A DNA stretch of 64,000 nt from an uncultured Bdellovibrionales bacterium (GCA_964408435.1 CAYOZL010000004.1:1839-65838), one strand, 5' to 3'. Positions 1-10,034 are shown, numbered from the stretch's first letter. The notes: generated by a model not told the origin, from the sequence alone. A program made the numbers and translations.

Positions 1-1
1 A

Positions 2-1345
2 GCAGGAGCAACTTCTGGAACCACAGTTGATGCATCTAATTTACTTAAGCCAGTATTAACTGAAGATGGTTTCGCTTGTATTGGTAGCACTACTTTTGAA
101 GAGTACAAACGCATCTTTGAAAAAGACAGAGCGCTTGCAAGAAGATTTATGAAAGTAAATGTTAATCAACCAAGTATTGAAGAAACTATTGAAATACTAA
201 ATGGAATTAAGCCTAGCTTGGAAAATTTTCACAATGTTAAATACTCAAATGAATCTATAGAAAAAGCAGCAGAGCTCTCCGATAAATATATCCATGATAG
301 ATTCCTGCCAGATAAAGCAATTGATTTAGTAGATGAAGCAGGTGCAAATATTTCACTTAAAGGTGAAAAAAATACAGTAGATATCGAAGACATAGAAAAC
401 GCTATTGAAAGCACTACTAAAATTCCTAAACAAACTATTTCTAATGACCAAAAAGACTTACTGAATAATTTAGATTTTGAGCTAAAGCAAAATGTATTTG
501 GTCAAGACATAGCAATTGATAATTTATGTGCTGCTATTAAAAGAAGTAAAGCGGGCTTAGCTAGAGACGATAGACCAATTGGTTGTTTTCTTTTCTCTGG
601 ACCAACAGGAGTTGGTAAAACTGAAGTAGCTAAACAGTTATCTAGGGTCTTAGGAGTTGAATTAAGCAGATTCGACATGAGTGAATACATGGAGAAACAC
701 TCTGTAGCTAGACTAATTGGGGCACCTCCAGGATATGTAGGGCATGAACAAGGTGGATTACTAACAGATGAAGTCCTAAAAAATCCTAGCTCGGTTATTC
801 TTTTAGATGAAATAGAAAAAGCTCATCCAGATTTATTTAACATATTACTGCAAGTAATGGATAACGCTAGCCTAACTGACAGCACTGGTAAAAGAGCAGA
901 CTTTAGAAACACCATAATTATCATGACTTCAAACGTTGGCTCTGAGCAGCATTATAGTGACGCAATTGGATTCGGAAACAAATCTAAAATAACTACTTCA
1001 AAAGCAGTTGAGAAAAAATTCAGACCAGAATTTATTAATAGACTAGACTTAATTGTAAACTTTAATGCCCTAGATAAAGAAATGATGAAAAACATCGTTA
1101 ATAAATTCTTTACTGAAATTTCTAACAAACTTAAAGCAAAAAACATTTCTCTAAAATTTAATGATGAAGTTATAAACTATTTTGTTGAAAATGGATTTAG
1201 CTCGAAGTATGGAGCAAGGCAAGCTCATAGACTGATAGAAAAAGAACTAACTAATAAGATAGCAGATCACATTATTGACCAAAGCGTTAAGAGTCAGTTT
1301 GAGATTGTTTTACATGACGGGAAAGTTTCTTTAAAAGCTTCTTAA
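2..1345 (+). CDS. clpA: ATP-dependent Clp protease ATP-binding subunit ClpA, C-terminal ~447 aa (5' end lies outside the window)
   Basis: Frame 2 is open from nt 2 (AGATSGTTVDASNLLKPVL...FEKDRALARRF) into the listed ORF. D2 AAA+ module has Walker A GPTGVGKTE, Walker B ILLDEIEKAH and sensor region RPEFINRLD. Confidence 0.9.
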   Translation, partial: AGATSGTTVDASNLLKPVLTEDGFACIGSTTFEEYKRIFEKDRALARRFMKVNVNQPSIEETIEILNGIKPSLENFHNVKYSNESIEKAAELSDKYIHDRFLPDKAIDLVDEAGANISLKGEKNTVDIEDIENAIESTTKIPKQTISNDQKDLLNNLDFELKQNVFGQDIAIDNLCAAIKRSKAGLARDDRPIGCFLFSGPTGVGKTEVAKQLSRVLGVELSRFDMSEYMEKHSVARLIGAPPGYVGHEQGGLLTDEVLKNPSSVILLDEIEKAHPDLFNILLQVMDNASLTDSTGKRADFRNTIIIMTSNVGSEQHYSDAIGFGNKSKITTSKAVEKKFRPEFINRLDLIVNFNALDKEMMKNIVNKFFTEISNKLKAKNISLKFNDEVINYFVENGFSSKYGARQAHRLIEKELTNKIADHIIDQSVKSQFEIVLHDGKVSLKAS

Positions 1346-1952
1346 CAAAACCCCCTTGTTCACTATTACCTTCAGTATTCTTAGATGAATCTTCAGAAGA
1401 ACTACTACTAGCGTTTTTAGAGGATTCTATAGAAGCTTCTTTAGAAAAGGCTTCTTTATTAAGTTTACTAACATACTTTTCATAGAGTCTACTAAACTCT
1501 TTTTTCATTCTAGAGACTCCAGAAAAATTAAAGATAGATAAAATATTTAAATATTGATCTGACTGCTGAGATTGCTGTGACTGGCTATTCATCGTATCAA
1601 GCCTAACTGCCCTAGCAGCATTAACTTGTTCTAGTTGTTGTTGTACCTTATTTAAAGCAACTAAACCTTTAAGTCCCATTTTCATAGCAGTATTACTTGC
1701 GTTATTTAAAGACTTTTCAGCATTAGAAATTTGCCTAGATGACTGCTTTAGCCCATCGGATTGCTCAGTAGGAAATTTAAGCTCAGATATACTTTCAATC
1801 GGGCTTAAAGCAATATCCTTAATAGAGTCTAATCGAAACTCTTCTGTTTCAATAAGCTCATTCTCAATAACATTATCTTGAAGCTCGCTCTCTACTTCGA
1901 CTTGTTCTATCTCAGTTATATCTACTTCTAATTTTTGATCTTTTTGAATCAT
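1287..1952 (-). CDS. hypothetical protein with acidic N-terminus and Q/S-rich low-complexity and coiled-coil segments
   Basis: 221-aa ORF with no recognisable motif. Its 3' end overlaps the clpA 3' end by 59 nt (convergent), so its extent is uncertain. Confidence 0.35.
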   Translation of the reverse strand: MIQKDQKLEVDITEIEQVEVESELQDNVIENELIETEEFRLDSIKDIALSPIESISELKFPTEQSDGLKQSSRQISNAEKSLNNASNTAMKMGLKGLVALNKVQQQLEQVNAARAVRLDTMNSQSQQSQQSDQYLNILSIFNFSGVSRMKKEFSRLYEKYVSKLNKEAFSKEASIESSKNASSSSSEDSSKNTEGNSEQGGFVKKLLKKLSRHVKQSQTDS

Positions 1953-2016
1953 TACATATTAGTTATGCAATAATAGGCTTGCAAAGTGATATGCTGATAA
2001 ATATGGAAGAAAAGGC

Positions 2017-2298
2017 TTACTTCTTCCCTCTTTCCTCATTCTCCACTTCAAGACTCTCACCTTCAACTAAATTTAAAAAGATTTTCAGCTGCTCAATTAA
2101 CTTAGAGTAATCTTCTTCAACAGAAAGATTTAAACGATATTCATTAATAACTTTAATCATCATATCGTCTTTCCACATCTTCCATGCTTCTTCACAGACA
2201 TTCTCGAAAATTTCTTGGCCTAATTCTCCAGAAAAAGGAGCTTCTGTTAAACCTTTTTCTTCTCTTCCAAATTTTTTACAATTAACTTTTCTTTCCAT
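2017..2298 (-). CDS. yggX: Fe(2+)-trafficking / oxidative-damage protection protein YggX family
   Basis: About 90 aa. The pattern C-x-F...PFSGELGQEIFENVCEEAWKMW...INEYRLNL parallels E. coli YggX ([21 protein letters not shown]...INEKKLNM). Confidence 0.75.
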   Translation of the reverse strand: MERKVNCKKFGREEKGLTEAPFSGELGQEIFENVCEEAWKMWKDDMMIKVINEYRLNLSVEEDYSKLIEQLKIFLNLVEGESLEVENEERGKK

Positions 2299-2331
2299 AA
2301 TCTTTCTATTATTTTTCTCAGTTTTGTAATC

Positions 2332-3156
2332 TCAATTTTGCAATCTAAGGGATAAGCACTTTGCTGCCCCACCACCCTTTAAAAACTCTCCTAGCTCTAC
2401 AGGATAACTTTCAAAGCCTAGTTTTTCTAACTCTTTTTGAGTCTCAATACAACCAGCAGGCATTATAACGTTTTTACCCAGTACAACTGAATTACATACA
2501 AATCTTTCTGCATCTTTCCTGCCCACTGGTATCATCTCTATTTTTTTCTTCATCCTTTCAACACTTTCCTCACTTAAGCCCCAAGGATTGTATAGAGCAA
2601 CTGATTCATTTAAAGGACAAAAGCATATATCTAAATGATAGAATCTAGGATCTATTAACTCGCAGAGCACATAATCTTCTACACCTAATAACTCACAAAC
2701 CTCTTTATAAGCATCCGCATCACTCCTCAAACCATGTCCACAAAAAAGAGTTTCGCCTGCAAATAAGGCATCCCCCTCTCCTTCAAAGTGACCTGAACTT
2801 ATTTCATGAACATTGTATTTTCTACTCTCGAACCATTCTTTAAAAATAGACTCCTCACCTTGTCTTTGTGGGTGCCTAAATTTTGATATCACTACATCTC
2901 TACCCCTAACAAGGCCTGCATTCGCAGTAAAAACTAAATCTGGTTGCTCTTTTGATGGCTGAACATATTCCACAAAACCACCTAATCTAATTATAGTATG
3001 GTGCAGGACTTTCCATTGCTCAGATGCAACAGCACTTAAAGGAGTTTTCTCCATATTCATCCATGGATTTATTTCGTATTTAACATCAAAGTAATTAGGA
3101 GGGCATAAAAGCCACTTACCTTGATTAAATAATTCATCAATTTTCTTATGTCTCAT
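2332..3156 (-). CDS. guanidino-group-modifying enzyme superfamily protein (amidinotransferase / dimethylarginine dimethylaminohydrolase-like)
   Basis: C-terminal GGGAAKCLSLRL places the catalytic Cys in the context typical of DDAH, arginine deiminase and amidinotransferase folds. The internal HLD motif (FYHLDICF) is consistent. Confidence 0.6.
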   Translation of the reverse strand: MRHKKIDELFNQGKWLLCPPNYFDVKYEINPWMNMEKTPLSAVASEQWKVLHHTIIRLGGFVEYVQPSKEQPDLVFTANAGLVRGRDVVISKFRHPQRQGEESIFKEWFESRKYNVHEISSGHFEGEGDALFAGETLFCGHGLRSDADAYKEVCELLGVEDYVLCELIDPRFYHLDICFCPLNESVALYNPWGLSEESVERMKKKIEMIPVGRKDAERFVCNSVVLGKNVIMPAGCIETQKELEKLGFESYPVELGEFLKGGGAAKCLSLRLQN

Positions 3157-3199
3157 TTTTTAATTTCAATTTTATAAGGAAACAACTATAGTTCACATT

Positions 3200-4396
3200 A
3201 TGTTCAAATATATCTTACCTCTGTTAACTTTGATAGTGATTTTATTTGTTTGGAATAATACAGCTAAGAATAGAGCTGAGATTAAAACAAGTTCAGAATT
3301 ATCTAAAGATGAACAAGTCGCAAAAGAAAGAATTAAAATTGCTTTACTAGTGCCTTTAAGTGGAGAGGACAAAGCACTGGGAGACTCGGCCTTAAAAGGT
3401 GCTCAACTTGCCCTAAAAAAAATAAATAACGAAGAAACAAAAAACAATAGTATCAATTTAATAAAAATCGATACTAACTCTGAAGAGAATCTAACCTTAG
3501 ATAAAAACACAATAATCATAGGAGGGGTAAACGAAGAAGAAACTAAGCACATATTAAAAAAAGATATTCGAGATAACTTATTCTTATATCTTTCCGATGG
3601 CGAAGTTTTTACATGCTTAAATCAAAAAAATAAAAATAAAAAAATATGGGGAATAGGAATATCAAATGCAATGTTTATTGAGCCTATGCTAATAAGCCTT
3701 GCTAATAGATACAAAGCCCCCGATAAAAGTTTTGAAATATTTTTCTATAGTAATTTTTCTGAAAGTTCTCTTATTGAAGATATTCATCAAACAATTGATA
3801 GTTTTGATTTTGAAAGACTAAAAACGGAATACGTTGATATCAGAATTGAAAATTTATACGATAAAGTTAGAGCTATTTTTGAACATAATCCAGATCTTTT
3901 AATCTATAAAACTTTAAAAAATGGTAGAATAAATTTCTTAAAAGCCATAAGCAAACTTTCTCTTAGATCTGAAATGCAAATAGCTTCACTTGATATAATT
4001 AACCTCGAACAAGCAAACCAGGACACAGAAGCAATCTGGTCTGCACTAAGTTACTCTACTAACATAGAAAATAATAATAATTCAAAATTTATAAAAAGCT
4101 GGAATAAACTTTATCCAGAAACAAGACCTAGCTTAACAGCAGTTAAGGCGTATAATGCCATTAATCTTGTTCAAAAAGCACTAGAAAAAAACAAGCATGA
4201 AAATATAAAAGAAATTGAAAAATCATTTATAGATTTATCATTTCAAGCTCCTCAAGGAGAAATATTTTTCTCAAATGAAAACCAGTTATTAGTTCAGCCT
4301 CTACACATTGGTAAATATGAGAATAATGAATTTAGTAGCTTAGAAAATATCGGGAATGTCTCAAATCCAAAATATACTGGATGCTCAATGGAATAA
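3200..4396 (+). CDS. secreted type-1 periplasmic-binding-protein-like protein (LivK/LpoA-like fold)
   Basis: N-terminal signal/anchor, then IKIALLVPLSGEDKALGDSALKGAQLALKKIN, which is typical of the first beta-alpha unit of Leu/Ile/Val-binding-type PBPs. The rest is divergent. Confidence 0.45.
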   Translation: MFKYILPLLTLIVILFVWNNTAKNRAEIKTSSELSKDEQVAKERIKIALLVPLSGEDKALGDSALKGAQLALKKINNEETKNNSINLIKIDTNSEENLTLDKNTIIIGGVNEEETKHILKKDIRDNLFLYLSDGEVFTCLNQKNKNKKIWGIGISNAMFIEPMLISLANRYKAPDKSFEIFFYSNFSESSLIEDIHQTIDSFDFERLKTEYVDIRIENLYDKVRAIFEHNPDLLIYKTLKNGRINFLKAISKLSLRSEMQIASLDIINLEQANQDTEAIWSALSYSTNIENNNNSKFIKSWNKLYPETRPSLTAVKAYNAINLVQKALEKNKHENIKEIEKSFIDLSFQAPQGEIFFSNENQLLVQPLHIGKYENNEFSSLENIGNVSNPKYTGCSME

Positions 4397-4409
4397 TTGG
4401 CAAAATTAA

Positions 4410-6500
4410 TTAATTTAACTTCAAGAGTTTTGCCTCTAAATTACAATCCCATGAAAATTTAATATTAGATTCATTCCCTACTCTAGACTTATTTAGGTCA
4501 AATTTAATAATACTTCCATCTTCTAAAGAACCTGATAGTGATTTTATTTCTTCCTCTGTAAAATCAACATCTCTTTCAATAAAACTAACTTTACTCTTTG
4601 CTCCTTCAAAATAAAAAGGCATTAAACGATGCCTAATAAAAGAAGCCTTATAATCTAAAAGTAAATTCTTACTAAAGGATTTAGAATCTCTTTTTAAATT
4701 AAAAAATAAAACAAAGTTAGCTATTTTCCCATCAACACTAGACCAAATAGATTTTTTCTTTCTAAATATTTCTCTTTCTCTCTCTGTAATTTCTAAATCA
4801 AAAACTCCAACTGCAACATCTCCCTCACTAGGATAGTATAGTGCGACAGTATTGTTAGAATTAAACTTAGAATCTCCTGCGCTAATCTGACAATTATTAA
4901 TGTTCGCTTGGGCTTTTGCCGCTATTTGCTGATTTAAAGAAGAAAGATCGCTATCGACATCAAAGACAGACAAATCAAAATCTATATCCCATGAAACATC
5001 AAAATCTATTTTTGATATTACTTTTTTAGCATTATGCATTAATCTACCTTTTAATATTTCCCCCTCAGAAAGATATCCAGAGACTCCTTCTAACTGTTTA
5101 GTTTCCCCGACCTGAGGTATGTAATAAAAATCGATTCGATCTGATTCCCCAGGAAAACTAATTCTGTCGGATTTAATAAAGCTAAGTCCATATTTTTTTA
5201 TAGTAGCTAAATTTAAATTCCCTGACCCTTCTATAAGTTCGAAAGTTAATATTAAATCTAATTTATCATTAATTAAATTTTTAGACTTTCTAATTCCCAT
5301 AATTTCTTCTTCTAATAACTCTGTTGAATACTTACCAATTTCAACTTTACTTTTGGCTTTATCATATAGGGCAATAGAAGATTTAATTTCTGAATTCGAA
5401 TAACTAATTAAAGCTTTCTCTCTTCTTATTTGCAAAGGGGAAGAAATATCTAAATCCCAAGCTATTTGTTTTATTCTCTTCTTAAAAAAACCTGCTGTTA
5501 AATGAGAGTCTTTTAACAGCTCACATCTAAATTTTTTCAATTCAGCAGAAGAATTTTTAACTTTAATTTTTTTACCTAATACATGGTAAGTAATTTTACC
5601 GACAGATTCCTTTGAACATTTTAAACTATTTGCTTGTAGTTTAATTACGGCCTTAAATTCTGAAAAATTAGGGGGGTTTTTTTCATACTTATTTAACAGC
5701 TCGTCTTTTTGTTCTATTTTTATTTCACTAGAGCTAACATAAAGCTCAATTTGCTCTCTTAGAGGATCGTATATAGAAAAACTATCTTTTACTTTAATTA
5801 AATTATCAACTTTTTGTATATAGCCTTTTACAGGTAATATTTTCTCAACTGCTCTTTTAGGTTCGTATAGCTCTCTTTGAACTGGCTTAGGCTTAGGTAG
5901 TAAGAACCCAACACTAACAAATGCCGTTAGAGAAAGAATTAATACCAAAATTGAATATAAGCTAATAGTATTTACATCTTTCTTTTTTACACTAAGAACA
6001 ACTGACTTTGCTAAAATATCATGCAATGCTTGTTTTTTCTTATTTATAAAAAACAATAAAAACCCAAGACCAAAAACTGAAAGAGATAGAAACTTTGATA
6101 AAGACCTAATTAAAGACTTTGAAAAAGTTAATTGTTTTAAACGCTCATCTACAACAGTGAGTCCTAAGATGGACTTACCTATGCTCGCCTTAGCTTTTTT
6201 AGACTCTAAATATGCAGCAATTAGAGTATAGGGAATAAATAAAAATATCGTTAATAAAAAAGTAGTAGAAGCAAGATTAATATATCTATTTGTATGGCCT
6301 ACTCTTGAGCTAATAATTGAAAATATATTTTGATATGAAGTTAACTTAAGAATCAGAATATCAATAATAAAAAAAACAAAATAAATAATTAGCAAATCTA
6401 AAATCATTGCTAATGCTCGTTGAGCAAAGCTCGCTAATGAAGATGTATTTTTAGCACCTTCTGACTTTGTTTCTGATTTTACTTCTTCTTCTGATTCCAT
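4410..6500 (-). CDS. RDD-family membrane protein with a ~500-aa C-terminal domain of unknown function
   Basis: N-terminal ~170 aa has RDD-domain topology (FAQRALAMILDLLIIY...ALHDILAKSVV) followed by a further TM segment. The remainder has no recognisable motif. Confidence 0.55.
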   Translation of the reverse strand: MESEEEVKSETKSEGAKNTSSLASFAQRALAMILDLLIIYFVFFIIDILILKLTSYQNIFSIISSRVGHTNRYINLASTTFLLTIFLFIPYTLIAAYLESKKAKASIGKSILGLTVVDERLKQLTFSKSLIRSLSKFLSLSVFGLGFLLFFINKKKQALHDILAKSVVLSVKKKDVNTISLYSILVLILSLTAFVSVGFLLPKPKPVQRELYEPKRAVEKILPVKGYIQKVDNLIKVKDSFSIYDPLREQIELYVSSSEIKIEQKDELLNKYEKNPPNFSEFKAVIKLQANSLKCSKESVGKITYHVLGKKIKVKNSSAELKKFRCELLKDSHLTAGFFKKRIKQIAWDLDISSPLQIRREKALISYSNSEIKSSIALYDKAKSKVEIGKYSTELLEEEIMGIRKSKNLINDKLDLILTFELIEGSGNLNLATIKKYGLSFIKSDRISFPGESDRIDFYYIPQVGETKQLEGVSGYLSEGEILKGRLMHNAKKVISKIDFDVSWDIDFDLSVFDVDSDLSSLNQQIAAKAQANINNCQISAGDSKFNSNNTVALYYPSEGDVAVGVFDLEITEREREIFRKKKSIWSSVDGKIANFVLFFNLKRDSKSFSKNLLLDYKASFIRHRLMPFYFEGAKSKVSFIERDVDFTEEEIKSLSGSLEDGSIIKFDLNKSRVGNESNIKFSWDCNLEAKLLKLN

Positions 6501-6546
6501 ATGCTAATCAAAATTTAACTTCTAGCTTAAATTTGTGCAAAACAAA

Positions 6547-7254
6547 TTAGGTTTTGCTGGCATTTAATAAGTAGTTATTTAATTCTGAACTTGTCTTAAG
6601 CTCTATTTTTTGAGTTAAAGCATTATTTATAAGCTTTAGAAAAGTTTTTCTTGGTACTAGTCTAGCACCAAAACTTTCTAATAAAGGACTAATTTGCTGA
6701 CAATCTAAAAATTCTATTCCAATACTTTTTGAATATAGTATTAGTGCTAGCAATGATAACTTAGATGCACCAGATTCATGAAAAAACATGGATTCCCCAC
6801 TTAACATTGCTTTGATACTAACTCCGTATAATCCCCCTACTAGTTTTTCCCTATTAAAACATTCTATGCTGTATGCATATCCTAGCTTATTTAATTCTAT
6901 ATATGAATTTATAATCTCTTCATTTATCCATGTCCCATCTTGCTTTCTATTATTTGAATTTGCGCAATTTCTAATAACTTCTGAAAAACAAGTATTCATT
7001 TTAATTTTAAAATTAGACTTCTTGTATTCTTTAATAGTGCTTTTTGAAATTTTCAATTCATCAAAAAAAAGAACCGCTCTTTTTGGAGGACTAAACCAAG
7101 CTAGAATATTTTCTATTGGCCAAGGAAAAATTCCATTTGAATAAGCATGTAATAAATTCTCAGTTGTTAGCTCTCCTCCAACACAAAGCAAACCTTCTTT
7201 ATCTGCTTTTGAGTGTGGTGGAAATTTTAAAATAATATTTTTCTTATTCACCAT
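6547..7254 (-). CDS. aat: leucyl/phenylalanyl-tRNA--protein transferase
   Basis: GLLCVGGELTTENLLHAYSNGIFPWP...WFSPPKRAVL and GESMFF match conserved Aat blocks. It fits functionally with clpA (N-end rule). Confidence 0.85.
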   Translation of the reverse strand: MVNKKNIILKFPPHSKADKEGLLCVGGELTTENLLHAYSNGIFPWPIENILAWFSPPKRAVLFFDELKISKSTIKEYKKSNFKIKMNTCFSEVIRNCANSNNRKQDGTWINEEIINSYIELNKLGYAYSIECFNREKLVGGLYGVSIKAMLSGESMFFHESGASKLSLLALILYSKSIGIEFLDCQQISPLLESFGARLVPRKTFLKLINNALTQKIELKTSSELNNYLLNASKT

Positions 7255-7317
7255 AGTTTGATCAAAAAACTTTTTTTTAGCTAATACTTGATTAAAATTT
7301 AAACTATTAAGCCTATT

Positions 7318-7420
7318 ATATAGCTGAATCAGTTTAAATTTCAGTTAGCGAGCGACGCTCGGTAACATACTAGTCCTGATTTAAAATATAAAACTAAATC
7401 ACGACTAGTATATCTGAATT
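7318..7420. repeat. degenerate copy (A) of an intergenic hairpin element family (see 10711 and 38841)
   Basis: atatagctgaatcag+tttaaatttcagtta matches copy B (atatagttgacttag+tttaattttcagtta). It carries a GC-rich cgctcgg block and a separate perfect 9-bp IR, atactagtc (7367-7375) / gactagtat (7403-7411). Confidence 0.5.
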
Positions 7421-7480
7421 TTAACTACATGATAAAGAATATAAGTTTACATAAACCTAATACCCGATTAAAAAAAGAAC

Positions 7481-8893
7481 ATGAAGATAAGCTATAGCCT
7501 GTTATTTATATTTTCTATCTTAAACCTACTCTACCTTTGCATAGCACCAAGCTTAATTGCACACAACGACTTAGCATGGCATCTAGCAACTGGTGAATCC
7601 ATTTTAAAGAGTGGTGAAATATTATCAAAAAATCATTGGTCTTTCACTGCTACAGATTTTGAATACTTTAAACCTTCATGGGCATGGGACGTCTTATCTT
7701 TTAAACTGTTTAATTATGGAGGGTTTAAAAGTTTAGCAATCTACACTATCGTTACTGGCTTATCTATTTCTTTATTTATATTTCTTTCCTGCTTACAAAA
7801 TAAATCGTCATTCTTTTATTCTAAAATTCTAACCTTATTTGCATGTGTTACATACCCCTACTACGTTAAAGCTCCTGATATTTTTCTATCAGCTTCACCT
7901 CAAATAATAACTCTACTGTTCATTATTATTACTCATTTCATTTTACTAAGAGGAAGAAATCTATGGATTTTAATTCCTGTATTTATTTCCTGGCCAAACC
8001 TACACGGTGGATTCCTTGCAGGTTTTGTAGTTATTTCTTTCTTTGGATTAAACGCTTTCATTAATCACGAATATAAATATTTTAGAAAAATTTTCTCTAT
8101 TGCTTTACTATGCCTACTATCTACTCTTTTAAATCCTTATGGCTTGGAGCTTTATGAATACCTCTTTCTTCTTTCATTAAACTTCCATAGAATCTATGTT
8201 TCTGAGTGGCAATCATATCTATCAATAATAGATCAAAAAAACACTCTTTTCTCATCTTTATATATTGTAGTATTCTTATATTCTGAATTAAAAACTAAAA
8301 TATCAAAAAGCAATTTAAGTCTTCGTCTAATGAATTGGTTTTGGTTAGGCCTAGGTTTATATCAGATTCGATATCTTACTGTTTTCTTTATTTGCTCGTG
8401 TGCAAACATAGCAAAAAATCTAAGCACAAGGCATAAAAGTATAGAGTTCCCAAAAACTGTCTATCTCTTATGTAGTTTAATTATATTTGTTTATACTTTC
8501 ACTTACAAAAAAGATTTAAAATTCGAACTAAACAATAAACAACATGCTATTAGTGAAATTAATTTTATAAATAAAACGACACGAGAAACAAAAGTTCTTA
8601 ATCATTGGAACTATGGAAGTAGTATCATCTTTCATACAAGTGATAATATTAAATTATTCGTAGATGGTAGAGCCTCGACAGCCTACCCTGATAATGTATT
8701 AAAAGACTTTTTCAAAATCTCAAATAAAAAATTCTCTAAATTAGACTGGAGTAATATTTTAAATACATATGAGCCTGATTTAATTTTATGGCCTAAGATT
8801 GATTTAAATTTAAAAAATTTCTTAACACATGAAACAAATTGGGCAATCGTATACCAAGGAGAAGCAGCAAATATTTACAAGCAAGCTAAGTAG
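7481..8893 (+). CDS. polytopic integral membrane protein, possibly a GT-C-fold glycosyltransferase or polymerase
   Basis: 470 aa with many hydrophobic segments and a soluble C-terminal ~120 aa. No firm motif, so the function is a guess. Confidence 0.35.
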   Translation: MKISYSLLFIFSILNLLYLCIAPSLIAHNDLAWHLATGESILKSGEILSKNHWSFTATDFEYFKPSWAWDVLSFKLFNYGGFKSLAIYTIVTGLSISLFIFLSCLQNKSSFFYSKILTLFACVTYPYYVKAPDIFLSASPQIITLLFIIITHFILLRGRNLWILIPVFISWPNLHGGFLAGFVVISFFGLNAFINHEYKYFRKIFSIALLCLLSTLLNPYGLELYEYLFLLSLNFHRIYVSEWQSYLSIIDQKNTLFSSLYIVVFLYSELKTKISKSNLSLRLMNWFWLGLGLYQIRYLTVFFICSCANIAKNLSTRHKSIEFPKTVYLLCSLIIFVYTFTYKKDLKFELNNKQHAISEINFINKTTRETKVLNHWNYGSSIIFHTSDNIKLFVDGRASTAYPDNVLKDFFKISNKKFSKLDWSNILNTYEPDLILWPKIDLNLKNFLTHETNWAIVYQGEAANIYKQAK

Positions 8894-9026
8894 TTTCTTT
8901 TCTTAAAAAATAAACAAAATTCTACAAGCGCACCAATGTGTTAAGAGATAATATAGTAGAAATTTAAAAGGCATTAAGAAGTAAAATCAAATGACAAAAA
9001 TCGAGGTTAGAAGACTAAGAGCTTTC

Positions 9027-9055
9027 AGCACTTAGTGGACTCGCAGTGCTTTTTT
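9027..9055 (+). terminator. candidate intrinsic terminator
   Basis: agcact (9027-9032) pairs with agtgct (9045-9050) and is followed by ttttt (9051-9055). The stem is only 6 bp with a 12-nt loop, so it is weak. Confidence 0.3.
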
Positions 9056-9057
9056 AA

Positions 9058-9074
9058 GGTTCGAGTCCTCTCAC
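9058..9074 (+). repeat. 17-nt inverted partial copy of the tRNA-Pro T-arm/acceptor 3' strand
   Basis: ggttcgagtcctctcac at 9058-9074 is the exact reverse complement of 9107-9123 inside the tRNA gene. The spacer is 32 nt. Confidence 0.7.
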
Positions 9075-9101
9075 TCTAAGAATATACTTAAACAGTAAAA
9101 A

Positions 9102-9175
9102 TCGGGGTGAGAGGACTCGAACCTCCGACCCCTGGTTCCCAAAACCAGTGCGCTACCAGACTGCGCCACACCCCG
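9102..9175 (-). tRNA. tRNA-Pro (anticodon UGG)
   Basis: The reverse complement reads cggggtg tg gcgc agtctggta gcgc a ctggt tTTGGga accag gggtc ggagg ttcgagt cctct caccccg a. This gives a cloverleaf with a 7-bp acceptor stem, TGG anticodon and T-loop TTCGAGT. CCA is not encoded. Confidence 0.9.
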
Positions 9176-9241
9176 TTATTACTCTGCGTTATTCAGAGAG
9201 CGCATTAAGTCAAAATATCGTGATAGAATCAAGAGCTTAAT

Positions 9242-9943
9242 CTATTTTTTTTTAATTGCTTCTTTCTGAATCGCTAATATCTGCTCAATGCCTTTGCCAG
9301 CCAGCTCTAAATACTCATTTATTTGATTTAAAGGCACTGCTTTAGTCTCTGCTGTACCTTGAATCTCGATTAAATCCATATTGCTATTAAAAACTAAATT
9401 TAAATCAAATTCAGCACTGCTATCTTCCTCATAACATAAGTCGAGTAACTTTTCCCCATTAACGTTTCCTACAGAAACAGCAGCAATCTGATTAATTTTA
9501 GGCATCTCTGCTAATAAGCCTTCTTTAACACATTTATTAAGCGCTAAATATAGTGCAACCCATGCACCACTAATTGAAGCTGTTCTTGTGCCACCGTCTG
9601 CTACTATAACATCACAATCAACTCTAATAGATAGATTTGGAATTGAATCTAAATCAACTGCCATTCTAAGAGAGCGACCAATAAGTCTTTGTATTTCTTT
9701 TGCCCTTGCATTCTGCTCTCTTTTGATTCTCGTATGAGTAGACCTTGGAAGCATTGAATATTCTGCAGTGATCCAACCACTTTCATCAGATTTCCATTTT
9801 GGTAAATCTTGTGAGCAACTTGCAGTAACTAAAATTTTAGTATTTCCATAGCTGACCTCTACGCTACCCTCAGCATAAGGATTCCAACCTGTGCTTATTT
9901 GCACTTCACGTAATTCATCTAATTTTCTTTCGTTTATTCTCAT
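9242..9943 (-). CDS. rph: ribonuclease PH
   Basis: NPYAEGSVEVSYGNTKILVTAS, LPRSTHTR and DGGTRTASISGAWVAL are conserved RNase PH blocks. Confidence 0.9.
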   Translation of the reverse strand: MRINERKLDELREVQISTGWNPYAEGSVEVSYGNTKILVTASCSQDLPKWKSDESGWITAEYSMLPRSTHTRIKREQNARAKEIQRLIGRSLRMAVDLDSIPNLSIRVDCDVIVADGGTRTASISGAWVALYLALNKCVKEGLLAEMPKINQIAAVSVGNVNGEKLLDLCYEEDSSAEFDLNLVFNSNMDLIEIQGTAETKAVPLNQINEYLELAGKGIEQILAIQKEAIKKK

Positions 9944-10034
9944 AAATATATTTTATTTGTAATAGAGTATTCTATTTTTAAATATGCTTCCTCGATTAGC
10001 ATATTCTATAAATTTAGTATACTCTAATTAAACC

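Noticed and set aside
6788-7144. 118-aa ORF antisense to aat, plus similar antisense ORFs at 229-414, 502-690, 952-1146, 10160-10480, 13192-13443, 13742-14057, 18048-18284, 19332-19580, 20808-21417, 24084-24464, 30963-31475, 34093-34392, 36451-37251, 42221-42487, 44480-44710 and 55732-56070
   Set aside because: Each is nested in or overlaps a longer ORF with clear family motifs on the other strand or frame. The products are hydrophobic or low-complexity translations of AT-rich antisense sequence, and none has independent support.
9058-9175. The partial tRNA-Pro copy as an attL/attR scar of an integrated mobile element
   Set aside because: The copy is inverted rather than direct and lies only 32 nt from the gene. 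No integrase or cargo genes lie between or beside the repeats.
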